DNA from: Candidatus Binatia bacterium
GTDB lineage: Bacteria; Desulfobacterota; Binatia; UBA9968; JAJDTQ01
DNA length: 64,000 bases
Assembly: GCA_963664535.1 (NCBI GenBank)
Contig: OY761465.1
Coordinates: 1,573,602-1,637,601 of the forward strand
Reading direction: 5' to 3'
Below are positions 1 to 9,430 of the stretch, piece by piece. The notes beneath the pieces are model-generated. The model made no database searches and was not told where the DNA came from. It saw only the letters and a program-made list of their open reading frames with translations. Made by a program: the position numbers and the translations under genes. The stretch's first letter is position 1; every line of letters starts with the position of its first letter.

Positions 1-699
1 GAGGCCCTGGAGCCCGGCACGGTGCGCCTCGGCGAGTCGGTCCGGAGCCTGTCCTGGAACCCCGACACCCGCCGCTGGCGAGTGGAAACCCACGGCGCCC
101 GCCTGGAGGCGGACGCGGTCATCTGCACGCTGCCGGCGTTCGCCACGGGAGACGCCCTGACGACACTCGATCCGGAGCTGGCCCGGGAGCTGAAGGCGAT
201 CTCATTCTCCTCCACCGCCACCGTCAACATCGCCTACCGCCGCGGCGACATCGCTCATCCCCTCGACGGCTACGGCTTCGTAGTCCCGCACGTGGAAGGC
301 CGGAAGATCATGGCCTGCACCTTCAGCAGCGTGAAGTATAAGGGTAGGGCTCCGGAAGACATCGCCCTGCTCCGCTGTTTCGCCGGCGGCGCCCTGCAGC
401 CCGGCCTGCTCGAACAGCCGGACGAAGCCCTGGAAGCCCAGGTCCGGGAAGACCTGGAGGCGCTGCTCGGCATATCCGGCCCGCCGATCCTCTGCCGCAC
501 CACCCGCTACACCGACGGCATGCCTCAGTACAACGTCGGGCACCTGGACCGCGTTGAGAGGATCGAGACCCGGTTACAGCGATTTTCCACCCTCGCCCTA
601 GCAGGCAAGAGCTATCGGGGAGTTGGCATCTCCAACTGCATCGCCGGCGGCGAGACGGCTGCGGACGGGATCATCGAACACCTCTCGCGGGGTCAATGA
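1..699 (+). CDS. hemY: protoporphyrinogen oxidase, C-terminal part; the 5' end lies outside the window
   Basis: The reading frame is open from nt 1. The C-terminal motif ...AGKSYRGVGISNCIAGGETAA... matches the conserved HemY/PPOX FAD-oxidase tail. Confidence 0.6.
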   Translation, partial: EALEPGTVRLGESVRSLSWNPDTRRWRVETHGARLEADAVICTLPAFATGDALTTLDPELARELKAISFSSTATVNIAYRRGDIAHPLDGYGFVVPHVEGRKIMACTFSSVKYKGRAPEDIALLRCFAGGALQPGLLEQPDEALEAQVREDLEALLGISGPPILCRTTRYTDGMPQYNVGHLDRVERIETRLQRFSTLALAGKSYRGVGISNCIAGGETAADGIIEHLSRGQ

Positions 700-720
700 G
701 GGGCCGAATCCGCCGTCTCA

Positions 721-737
721 GTCACGGCATCCGTGAC
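721..737 (+). terminator. perfect 7-bp-stem hairpin GTCACGGcatCCGTGAC just after the hemY stop
   Basis: The inverted repeat is read directly in the sequence and is followed by T-rich sequence. Putative intrinsic terminator. Confidence 0.3.
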
Positions 738-789
738 TTGGTCGTTCTCCGGGACGACAACTTTGGTTCCCAACAATTACAAACCCCAA

Positions 790-850
790 ATAAATTTTTG
801 CCAAAAAAACTATTGCCAAAAATTATTTTGTCGATTATGATGAGGATCCC
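790..850 (+). promoter_or_regulatory. AT-rich promoter-like region with a TTGCCAAAAA direct repeat upstream of the ATPase pair
   Basis: TTGCCAAAAA occurs twice (798-807 and 814-823) in the only strongly AT-rich stretch of the first 5 kb. TTGCCA is -35-like, with AATTAT/GATTAT downstream. Confidence 0.3.
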
Positions 851-878
851 TTAAGAATTGCAACAGAGAGACTCACAA

Positions 879-2081
879 ATGCGCAACATAACGGGACAGG
901 CAGTTATCGGCGACGATCTTTACGGGAGAGAGTATGAAGTCACCCGACTTTGGGAAATGCTGGAACAGGGCGAGCATATACTGATGCTTGCTCCCAGACG
1001 GGTGGGCAAGACGAGCTTAATGCTTGAGCTTCATCGCTCACCTCGCGAAAACTGGGACGTCTTCTATGTCGATGTGGAGGCCGGCAAGGGACCCGCGGAC
1101 TGCGTTGCAGCGATTCTCGCCGCGCTGGCGGCGGATCCTCAATACCGGACCCGTTTTGAGGCGATGCCATTCTCTAACGCCATCAAGGACGTTTTCGGCC
1201 ATCTGTCTGTCAACGCCGACGTCGGCGCACTTCGAGTTGAGCTCGGGAACGCCATCGGGCGGGAATGGGACCGCGCGGCGGACCAACTCCAGACACGCCT
1301 TACGAGTCTCCTGGACGTAGGACGCCGTCTTCTAATCATTGTCGATGAACTGCCCTTCCTTCTCTCGCGGATGCTCCGAGCCGGAGGGCAGGAACGAGAC
1401 ACCGAGTTACTGTTGTCGCGCCTTAGGCACTGGCGTCAGGCGCCGGAACTGCGCGGAAGGGTCCACACCCTTCTTGGTGGATCGATCGGCCTCGATGGGG
1501 TGCTGAGACGGGCCGGCCTTTCAGGCACCGTGAACGACCTCACGCCATTTCGACTGGATTCGTGGGACCCACCCACGGCAGTCAAATTCCTGAAGATACT
1601 GGGACGCGATTACAACTTCGCCCTTGGAGACGAGTCTGTTGAGCAAATCCTGGATTTGCTGGGAGATGCTGTTCCGTATCACGTACAGTTATTCTTTTTG
1701 GCCCTCCGCGATGCCTGCAAAGGCGACCCCCAAAACGTCTCGCAACACTTGATCGCGGTTTGCTTTGCGGACCAGTTGGCGGGGTCGAGTGGCACCGTTC
1801 ATCTGGACCACTACGCGACGCGCCTTGAGTTCGCTCTTGACGGGGACGAGCTCCAAACCGCGCTCGACATCCTGGGTCGTGCCTGCCGGCGCGAATGGGG
1901 TGTCAGTCTCGCGGAACTCGATGATCTGCGGCAACGGAGCGAGGCGGCGTTTCGGTCCGTGTTGCGTAACCTCCAGACCGACGGCTACCTCCGCCGACAT
2001 CCAGATGAAACCTTACGCTTCCGTTCGAACCTCTTGCGGCAGTGGTGGATGAAATATCAAGGAAGAGCAGCCGCGCGATGA
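879..2081 (+). CDS. P-loop NTPase of the archaeal-ATPase/STAND type (Arch_ATPase/COG1672-like)
   Basis: Walker A LAPRRVGKTSL and Walker B LLIIVDELP. The C-terminal part is winged-helix/DUF234-like. ATG at 879; the track ORF starts at a TTG at 858. The stop overlaps the next gene by 4 nt (ATGA). Confidence 0.6.
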   Translation: MRNITGQAVIGDDLYGREYEVTRLWEMLEQGEHILMLAPRRVGKTSLMLELHRSPRENWDVFYVDVEAGKGPADCVAAILAALAADPQYRTRFEAMPFSNAIKDVFGHLSVNADVGALRVELGNAIGREWDRAADQLQTRLTSLLDVGRRLLIIVDELPFLLSRMLRAGGQERDTELLLSRLRHWRQAPELRGRVHTLLGGSIGLDGVLRRAGLSGTVNDLTPFRLDSWDPPTAVKFLKILGRDYNFALGDESVEQILDLLGDAVPYHVQLFFLALRDACKGDPQNVSQHLIAVCFADQLAGSSGTVHLDHYATRLEFALDGDELQTALDILGRACRREWGVSLAELDDLRQRSEAAFRSVLRNLQTDGYLRRHPDETLRFRSNLLRQWWMKYQGRAAAR

Positions 2082-4945
2082 CCCGACGACGCCTCTACAA
2101 CCCCGCACAACTCACTCCCGACGAGTTACGCACGTCTTTTGTTGCGCGGGAAGACACTCTTGCGGAGATGCTCCGCTTGACCGGCGAACAGGAGCCGGGG
2201 CATCCCTGCCAGCACATGATGCTCATCGGCCCTCGCGGCATGGGGAAGACAACGCTCGGTCTGAGATTCCTCCATGAGATAGTGGACATACCTACCCTGG
2301 CGGCAATCTGGCAGCCCGTTGCCTTCCACGAGGAGAGCTACGGACTCAGCAACTTGGGCGAGTTCTGGCTCGCCGCCCTGAACCACCTGACCCGGAGCAC
2401 CGAAGATCCCAGGTGGGCTGACCGAGCAGAAGCCTTGGCAAGAGACGAACGAGACGACAGCCGGCTTGCAGCATACGCGCTGGCTGCGTTGATGGACTTC
2501 TGCCAAGCAAGCGGGAAACGATTGATTCTGTTCGTAGAGAACATCGACACGGTCTTCAAGCAACTGGGTGACGAGCGCCAAGTCCATGAGTTGCGCGCCA
2601 CCCTGATCGAACGCCCCGAGATCCTGCTCATCGGCTCCGCCAACACCGTCTTCGAAGCCATTCACAGCCACGGCGAACCGCTTTACGAGTTCTTCCGGCT
2701 CTTCATTCTCAAGGGACTAGGGCCGGAGGATACTCGGCGAATACTCGCAACCCTCGCGAACGATGAAGACAAGCCGGAAGTCATAGAACTTCTTGACCGT
2801 GAACAGGGCCGGCTCGAAACCATACGCCGTTTGACCGGTGGCAACCCGCGGTTGGTCGTGCTTGCGTGCCGGATACTGATCGAGTCGCCTCTAGGCTCCG
2901 CCTTCGACGATCTCGAACGCCTCATCGACGAACAGACACCCTACTTCAAGGCTAGGATTGAGGAATTGCCGGTCCAGGCGCGCAGAGTATTCCACTGTCT
3001 CGCGGAGGGCTGGAAGCCGATGCAAGCCAGGGAGGTAGCTGACGCAGCGAAACTCAACTCCTCCCACGCCAGTGCCCAACTCAGGCAACTGATCGAGAAG
3101 GGTTACGCGCGAGAAGTGACCGTACCCCACGCCAAGCGGACACTGTATGAGGTGGGCGACCGATTCTACAACATCTACTACGTGCTGCGTTTCTCACGCA
3201 CCGGTCGCGACCGTCTGGCGCGACTCGTCGCTTTCCTTCACGACCTCTTCGGTCCCACCGGCATTCGAACGATGTATCCGGCCGCTTTGGAAGGTCCGCG
3301 CATTGGAGCCCCGCATGGCGACGACCACTCGAGTTTGTTGGGCGTCTTGGCTGCGTATGTGGCCGAAGACGAGGACTTCGCAGGACGCGACGACTGGCTG
3401 TGGCAAGCGCTCTCCTTGGCTAAAGAGACGTGGGGTCCGAACGCTCCAGTAGTTGCGGAGATCCGCGAGTCTTTTGCCGCGTATGACCCTGCGACTCCAA
3501 CCCGATTGACTGAGTTGTTGAGCCGCAGCGCCGCACTTTCCGAGCTTGGACGTCTCCAGGAATTGGAAGTACTGTATCGGGCAATGATCGAAGAGAGGCC
3601 GAACGACGCCGGGGCGTGGACGTTTTTGGGCCTTACACTAATGGAAGTGGGACGGTATCACGAGGGCATCGAGGCCTTCAACCGGGTTCTGCGTGATCCC
3701 TTTCCCGCCGACAAGTCAGAATCGCGTTTTTTGTCTGCTGTAGCGTCGTATGGCAAGACGGAGGCTCTCTTTAAATTGAAGCAGTATGCAGAAGCTCTCG
3801 AAGTCGCAAAGTGGTTCGAAAAAAACATAACCCCAGACGACTCGGAATCCTTGCTGCACTTGGCCGCATTCGCATACGACGTGAGCGGCAGAGCTTTGGC
3901 GCAACTGGACCAGAATGAAGAGGCCATGGTCGCTTGGGAACGAGTTGCCGAATCTACACGAGGCCATGACCCCCCGTGGATAAGACGCAGGGCCGCCAAG
4001 TCACTCTGCGCCAAGGGTGCTACTCTCTATAAGTTGGACCGATCCGAGGAGGCCGTGGTTGCTTGGAAACGAGTTGCCGAGTATGTCCACGTAGACGATA
4101 CACCGGATTTGCGGGGAATCGCCGCTAGCGCCCTACGTTCAACGAGTGCTGCTCTCGACAAGCTCAGTGACCTAGACGAACTTGCCCGTGTATGCGAGCG
4201 TGCCAAGGACTATGTTGGCTTGGATGATGCTCCACTTCTGCGGTATGCGGCTGCCAATACTATACTCGCCAGATACCTTACTCTATTGGGCCTACGACGT
4301 TACGAAGAATCGAACGCCGCTTGGCGTTCGGCCGCTGACTATGTCCGCCCAGATGATCCACAGGATTTACGCAAGCCCATCGCAGCTATCCTGTCAACGG
4401 GCGCCAGCCTGCTGAATGCTTTGGGAAGATCCGCCGAGGCAGAAGAACTATGCAACAAAGCAACAGAGATTGATCCAACACATGCTGAGTCATGGCGGGT
4501 GTTTGCAGAAGCCATCCTTGATCAGGACGATTCGGCGCGTTTTGCAAAGGCCGAGGACTGCGCCAGATACGCGGTCAACTTGGCACTTGACAGTGCAGTT
4601 GCTGTCCATACGCTCTGCGATGTTCTGTCTCGTCGCGGCAACTGGACAGCGGCGCTGGATGCGTTTGAGCGCGCTCTCCGCATAGGTGGTGTTGAATTCC
4701 AGAGTAAGAAACGTCCGCATCTGGCGGTGTCGTTGTGCCAAGCCATCACCGCTGGCTATGCACCACGAGCAAAGCGGATCATGGAAGAATTCGGTCTGGC
4801 CGAATCGATGGAGCCCCTTTGGCATGCGGTACGGTTGGCGTTAGGTGAAGACCTCGGCCCCCTGCCCGCGGAGATCATGGATGCCGTGACCGACATCCGG
4901 CAATGCTTCTTCAGCAATCTCGATAGCTCTTCAGACGATACGTAG
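2078..4945 (+). CDS. P-loop NTPase (STAND-like) with a winged-helix domain and a long C-terminal TPR-repeat array
   Basis: Walker A GPRGMGKTTLG and Walker B LILFVENID. The C-terminal ~450 aa are TPR-like repeats (WxxLG, YxEA patterns). The ATG at 2078 overlaps the upstream stop as ATGA. GC is lower than the surroundings. Confidence 0.6.
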   Translation: MTRRRLYNPAQLTPDELRTSFVAREDTLAEMLRLTGEQEPGHPCQHMMLIGPRGMGKTTLGLRFLHEIVDIPTLAAIWQPVAFHEESYGLSNLGEFWLAALNHLTRSTEDPRWADRAEALARDERDDSRLAAYALAALMDFCQASGKRLILFVENIDTVFKQLGDERQVHELRATLIERPEILLIGSANTVFEAIHSHGEPLYEFFRLFILKGLGPEDTRRILATLANDEDKPEVIELLDREQGRLETIRRLTGGNPRLVVLACRILIESPLGSAFDDLERLIDEQTPYFKARIEELPVQARRVFHCLAEGWKPMQAREVADAAKLNSSHASAQLRQLIEKGYAREVTVPHAKRTLYEVGDRFYNIYYVLRFSRTGRDRLARLVAFLHDLFGPTGIRTMYPAALEGPRIGAPHGDDHSSLLGVLAAYVAEDEDFAGRDDWLWQALSLAKETWGPNAPVVAEIRESFAAYDPATPTRLTELLSRSAALSELGRLQELEVLYRAMIEERPNDAGAWTFLGLTLMEVGRYHEGIEAFNRVLRDPFPADKSESRFLSAVASYGKTEALFKLKQYAEALEVAKWFEKNITPDDSESLLHLAAFAYDVSGRALAQLDQNEEAMVAWERVAESTRGHDPPWIRRRAAKSLCAKGATLYKLDRSEEAVVAWKRVAEYVHVDDTPDLRGIAASALRSTSAALDKLSDLDELARVCERAKDYVGLDDAPLLRYAAANTILARYLTLLGLRRYEESNAAWRSAADYVRPDDPQDLRKPIAAILSTGASLLNALGRSAEAEELCNKATEIDPTHAESWRVFAEAILDQDDSARFAKAEDCARYAVNLALDSAVAVHTLCDVLSRRGNWTAALDAFERALRIGGVEFQSKKRPHLAVSLCQAITAGYAPRAKRIMEEFGLAESMEPLWHAVRLALGEDLGPLPAEIMDAVTDIRQCFFSNLDSSSDDT

Positions 4946-4989
4946 GCGGGCGCGCTTCTTACCGCGCCCCCTTTCCTCTGGATCCCGGA

Positions 4990-5424
4990 TCAAGTCCGGG
5001 ATGACAGGGAGGTGGGCTCGATCCGCTGCCGGCTCAACGTCGGCTCGTATAGCATCTGGACGACCACGCCGTCGGGATCCGCGCAGTAGAAGGAGGCGCT
5101 GCCGTCGCGGTGGCGCTTGAAGGGCTTGATGATGGTGACCTGCCGGGCGCGGAACTCGGCTTCGAGTTCCTGGACGCGGTCGATTTCGGAGACGATGAAG
5201 CCCAGGTGGTCGAGGGACGAGGTGGCGGAGGGAGCCCGGTCGCCGGGGGTCTCGTGCAGGGCGAGATTGTCCGTCCCGGAGCTGAGGTAGGCGTTTTGGG
5301 GGTCGGGCTGCCACACGACTTCCATGCCCAGAATGTCTTGGTAGAAGGCTTTGGAGCGCTCGACGTCCTTGACGTTGAGGGCGATGTGGCGCATTCCCAT
5401 CAGGCCGCTGAGCGCCTTGGGCAT
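4990..5424 (-). CDS. VOC family protein (glyoxalase/bleomycin-resistance/dioxygenase fold)
   Basis: MRHIALNVKDVERSKAFYQDILGMEV is a classic VOC N-terminal beta-alpha-beta-beta-beta signature. Confidence 0.7.
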   Translation of the reverse strand: MPKALSGLMGMRHIALNVKDVERSKAFYQDILGMEVVWQPDPQNAYLSSGTDNLALHETPGDRAPSATSSLDHLGFIVSEIDRVQELEAEFRARQVTIIKPFKRHRDGSASFYCADPDGVVVQMLYEPTLSRQRIEPTSLSSRT

Positions 5425-5484
5425 GGTGTCTTCCTTGCTGGAGTCGAGACGAGGCCGGCCGGCGGCCGGCCCCGCTTGCGGAAA

Positions 5485-6342
5485 CTAGCCGTCGAGGGCG
5501 CCCTGGATGGCGCGGGCCGTGTTGAGCCGGGCCAGATGGGAGCGGAACTCCCCGGACGCGTGGATGTCGTCCAGGGCGTCGACGCCCTCCGCAACCTGGG
5601 CCGCGGCCGCGGCGACGGCGTCGGCGGTCAGCGTCTTGCCCCTGAGCTGGTCCTCCACCGCGGTGGCCCGGAAGGGCGTGCCGGCGAGGCCGGTGACGCC
5701 GATGCCGACGTCGGTGCAGGTGTCGCCGGCGGTGCGCAGGCATACCGCGATTCCGACGATGGCGAAACCCGAAGCCTTCTGCTTGACCTTGCGGTAGGCG
5801 GCGCGGGCGCCGGCGGCGGGCACGGGAACGCTCACGCCCGTCAGGATCTCGTTGGGCTCGGCGGCGGTGGTCAGAGGTCCCAGGAAGAAGTCCCCGGCGG
5901 CCACTGAACGGGAGCCGCCGCTGCTCGTAAGCGTCACCTCCGCGCCCAGGGCCAGCAGCGCCGCGGGCCAGTCCGCGGCCGGGTCCCCGTGGACCACGCT
6001 GCCGCCGATGGTGCCGCGGTTCCGCACCTGCGGGTCGCCGATGCTGCCGGCGGTCAGGGCCAGCAGCGGACAGTTCTCGTTCACCTCGCTCGACGTCTCC
6101 ACCTGGTGGTGCGTCACCAGCGCCCCGATGCGGAGCGCGCCGCCATCCAGTTGGATCTGACGCAGGGAGTCCAGCCGCTTGAGGTCGATGACCACCGAGG
6201 GCTGCGCAAGCCGCAGCTTCATCATCGGCAGCAGGCTGTGCCCGCCGGCCATCACCTTGGCGTTTTCGCCGGCGTCCGCCAGGCTGGCGGCCGCGGCCTC
6301 GAGGCTGTCCGGGACGATATAATCGAAAGCTGCAGGTATCAT
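5485..6342 (-). CDS. coxM: FAD-binding medium subunit of a xanthine dehydrogenase/CO dehydrogenase family molybdoenzyme
   Basis: The CO dehydrogenase flavoprotein fold motifs AGGHSLLPMMKLRL and GTIGGS are present. It lies immediately downstream of coxL. Confidence 0.8.
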   Translation of the reverse strand: MIPAAFDYIVPDSLEAAAASLADAGENAKVMAGGHSLLPMMKLRLAQPSVVIDLKRLDSLRQIQLDGGALRIGALVTHHQVETSSEVNENCPLLALTAGSIGDPQVRNRGTIGGSVVHGDPAADWPAALLALGAEVTLTSSGGSRSVAAGDFFLGPLTTAAEPNEILTGVSVPVPAAGARAAYRKVKQKASGFAIVGIAVCLRTAGDTCTDVGIGVTGLAGTPFRATAVEDQLRGKTLTADAVAAAAAQVAEGVDALDDIHASGEFRSHLARLNTARAIQGALDG

Positions 6343-6362
6343 GATCGGCTCTCGCTATCTGG

Positions 6363-8690
6363 TTACTTGGTACCGCCCTGGCACAGGCGCCAGATCTTCT
6401 CGGGCTTGAGCGGCATGTCGATGTGGGTGACGCCGAACGGGGCCAACGCATCCACCACCGCGTTGACGATGGAGGGCGTGGAGCCGATGGTGCCGGCCTC
6501 GCCCACTCCCTTGACCCCCATGGGATTCACCGGCGACGGGGTCTCCGTTCGGGCGAATTCCAGCGGCGGCAGGTCTTCCGCCCGGGCCACGGCGTAGTCC
6601 ATGAGGCTGCCGGTGACGAGCTGGCCGTCCTCGTCGTAGACCACTTCCTCCAGCAGCGCCTGCCCCAGTCCCTGGGCGATGCCGCCCTGCACCTGGCCGT
6701 CCACGATCATCGGGTTGATGACCTTGCCGCAGTCGTCCACCGCCACGTACTTCTTGATCTCGATCTCGCCGCTGTGGGTGTCCACTTCCACCACGCAGAT
6801 ATGCGTGCCGAAGGGGAACGTGAAGTTCGACGGCTCGAACACGGACGTGGCCTGGAGCCCCGGCTCCATGCCCGCGGGCAGCTTGGTGGCCACGTGCGCC
6901 TGCAGGGCGACCTCCTGGATGGTGATGCCCTTGTCGGGCACGCCCTTGACCGAGAACTTGCCGTCCTCGAACTCCAGGTCCTCGGCGCTGCACTCCAGCA
7001 CGTTGGCGGCGATGGCCTCGGCCTTCTCCCGGACCTGCTGGGTCGCCATGTACACCGCGGTGCCGCCCACGGAGATGCCGCGGCTCCCGAAGGTGCCGAT
7101 GCCGTTGGGCACCACCGCCGTATCGCCGTGCAGCACGGCCACGTCCTCGATGGGAACGCCGAGATCGTCGGAGACGATCTGCGCGAAGGTGGTCTCCTCG
7201 CCCTGGCCGTGGGGCGAGACGCCCGTCAGCACGGTGGCCTTGCCGGTGAAGTCCATGCGCACGGTGCCGCTTTCCCAACCGCCCGCCGGCAGCGCCGCGG
7301 AAGGACCCATGGCGCAGATCTCGACGTAGGTGGAGAAGCCGATGCCCAGGTAGCGGCCTTCCTCCCTGAGCCGCTTCTGCTCCGCGCGAAGGTCCTGGTA
7401 GCCCACCATTTCCAGCGCCTTGTCCAGCGCCGCCTGGTAGTTGCCGCTGTCATAGGCGAGCCCGGTGGCCACCGGCAGCGGGAAATCAGTCGGCTGGGCA
7501 AAGTTCTTGCGGCGCAACTCCACCGGGTCCATGTCCAGCTCCCGCGCGATCAGGTCCATGGTGCGCTCGATCACCAGGGTGGCTTCCGGCCTGCCGGCGC
7601 CGCGGTAGGCGTCGGTGGCGACCTTGTTGGTGAAGCCGCCGGTGGAGGTGAACTTCAGGGTCGGTATCTTGTAGGAACCGCTGATCATCAACCCGGTGAG
7701 CGGCGGCATTCCCGGCGTGAGGAGCTGGTGATAGGCGCCGGTATCCAGCAGGCTGTCGTAGGTGACGCCCAGGATGGTGCCGTCCTTCTTCACCGCCGCC
7801 TCCACGGTGCCCACCTGTCCGCGTCCGTGGATGGTCGCCTGCATGTTCTCGCGCCGCCCTTCGATCCACTTCACCGTGGCCTTGAGCTTCATCGCCAGAT
7901 GGGCCAGCAGAGCCTCCTCGCGGTAGACGTTCAGCTTGCATCCGAAGCCGCCGCCCACCTCCGGGGCGATGACCCGGATGCGGTGTTCCGGGAACCCGAG
8001 CACGAGCGCCAGCATGGCCCGCAGCAAATGCGGGATCTGGGTCGAACTCCACACGGTCAACTCGCCTTCACCCGGGAAATACCGCGCCACCACGCCGCGG
8101 GTCTCCACCGGAATCGGCGCGAGCCGCTGGTGGATGAACTTCTGCTTGACGATGACGTCCGCCTCGGCGCGGGCCTTGTCCATGTCACCGGTGCCGCACT
8201 CGAAGGTGAAGGCCTGGTTGCTGTCCCACTGGGAATGGACGAGCGGCGAGCCCGGCTGAAGCGCTTTCTCGAGATCCGAAACCGCCGGCAGCGGCTCGTA
8301 GTCCACCTCGATGAGGTCCAGGGCGTCCCGCGCCGTGTAGGAGTCCTCGGCCACCACCGCGGCCACGGGCTCTCCCACGTAGCGCACCTCGCCCTGGGCC
8401 AGCACCGGGTGCGGCGGCGTGCGCAGCGTCGGATTGGCGGCGGCGCAAGGCACCGAGCCCACGCTGTCGCCGATGTCCGCGCCGGTCACGACGCTGACGA
8501 CGCCGGGCAGCGACTGGGCGGCGCCCTTGTCGATGCCGTTGATGCGGGCGTGGGCGTGGGGGCTCCGCAGGATGGCCACCTGCAGCACGTCCGCCATCCG
8601 GAGATCGTCCACATAGTGCGAGAGGCCCTGCACCAGGCGCGGGTCTTCCCGCCTCTTCACCTTGGTTCCAACAAGCTTGCTTACCGGCAT
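6363..8690 (-). CDS. coxL: molybdopterin-binding large subunit, form II CoxL-like (xanthine dehydrogenase family)
   Basis: It is 775 aa with an aldehyde oxidase/xanthine DH a/b hammerhead and MoCo-binding domains. The active-site loop is AYRGAGR (form II type, not the form I AYxCSFR). Confidence 0.85.
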   Translation of the reverse strand: MPVSKLVGTKVKRREDPRLVQGLSHYVDDLRMADVLQVAILRSPHAHARINGIDKGAAQSLPGVVSVVTGADIGDSVGSVPCAAANPTLRTPPHPVLAQGEVRYVGEPVAAVVAEDSYTARDALDLIEVDYEPLPAVSDLEKALQPGSPLVHSQWDSNQAFTFECGTGDMDKARAEADVIVKQKFIHQRLAPIPVETRGVVARYFPGEGELTVWSSTQIPHLLRAMLALVLGFPEHRIRVIAPEVGGGFGCKLNVYREEALLAHLAMKLKATVKWIEGRRENMQATIHGRGQVGTVEAAVKKDGTILGVTYDSLLDTGAYHQLLTPGMPPLTGLMISGSYKIPTLKFTSTGGFTNKVATDAYRGAGRPEATLVIERTMDLIARELDMDPVELRRKNFAQPTDFPLPVATGLAYDSGNYQAALDKALEMVGYQDLRAEQKRLREEGRYLGIGFSTYVEICAMGPSAALPAGGWESGTVRMDFTGKATVLTGVSPHGQGEETTFAQIVSDDLGVPIEDVAVLHGDTAVVPNGIGTFGSRGISVGGTAVYMATQQVREKAEAIAANVLECSAEDLEFEDGKFSVKGVPDKGITIQEVALQAHVATKLPAGMEPGLQATSVFEPSNFTFPFGTHICVVEVDTHSGEIEIKKYVAVDDCGKVINPMIVDGQVQGGIAQGLGQALLEEVVYDEDGQLVTGSLMDYAVARAEDLPPLEFARTETPSPVNPMGVKGVGEAGTIGSTPSIVNAVVDALAPFGVTHIDMPLKPEKIWRLCQGGTK

Positions 8691-8693
8691 GGC

Positions 8694-9176
8694 TTACGTC
8701 CCAGCTTTCATTTGTTCCGCGGCCTGTTGCACCGCGTCGACGATATGCTTGTACCCGGTACAGCGGCAGATGTTGCCTTCGAGCCCGTGGCGGATCTCCT
8801 CCTCCGAGGGGCTCGGATTCTCCTGGAGAAGCTGCCGCGTGGCCATGATCATGCCGGGGGTGCAGAAGCCGCACTGGAGGCCGTGGCAGTCCCAGAAAGC
8901 CTCCTGTATCGGATGCAGCCCGTCGTCGGTGGCGAGCGACTCGATGGTCTGGACCTCGCACCCGTCGGCCTGTACGGCCAGCAGCGTGCAGGACTTCACC
9001 GCCGCGCCGTCCACCATGACCGTGCAGGCGCCGCACAGGCTCGTCTCGCAGCCGATGTGGGTGCCGGTCAGGCCGAGAACATCCCGGAGATAGTGCACCA
9101 GCAGCAGGCGGGGCTGCACCTCCGCGGTCCGGCCGACCCCGTTGACTCGAACCTCGATCTTGGTCGTGTTTGCCAT
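8694..9176 (-). CDS. coxS: (2Fe-2S)-binding small subunit of the CoxSLM-type molybdoenzyme
   Basis: It carries two [2Fe-2S] motifs ([11 protein letters not shown] and CGFCTPG...CRCTGY). The start is MANTTKIE at 9176. Three nt separate it from coxL. Confidence 0.85.
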   Translation of the reverse strand: MANTTKIEVRVNGVGRTAEVQPRLLLVHYLRDVLGLTGTHIGCETSLCGACTVMVDGAAVKSCTLLAVQADGCEVQTIESLATDDGLHPIQEAFWDCHGLQCGFCTPGMIMATRQLLQENPSPSEEEIRHGLEGNICRCTGYKHIVDAVQQAAEQMKAGT

Positions 9177-9430
9177 AGTTCCTGAACCTTTCGGGTCGAA
9201 AGAATATACTTCGCCCGATTGGAGGTCAAGGGAAAGTTGATCGTTCCGGCGCGGACCGCCCAACCGTTGCGAAGCGCGGTCGAGGGTGCCGCGGGCCGGG
9301 GCATCCTTGACGATCCGAAGCATGTGTGACAGATTCCACGGGTTTGCAGGCGGGCCCGGGCAAGCCCTTCGGGACGCCGCGCAAACGCCATCTCGACTGC
9401 AGCCGCAAACCAAGGATCTGGAGGGAATTC

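Noticed and set aside
4931-6451. 506-aa Arg/Pro/Gly-rich ORF on the minus strand
   Set aside because: It is antisense or out of frame relative to the well-supported VOC and coxM genes. Low-complexity R/P/G composition is typical of spurious ORFs in high-GC DNA.
6423-9185. 920-aa ORF on the plus strand
   Set aside because: It is entirely antisense to coxL and coxS, which have strong family signatures. It is a high-GC artefact.
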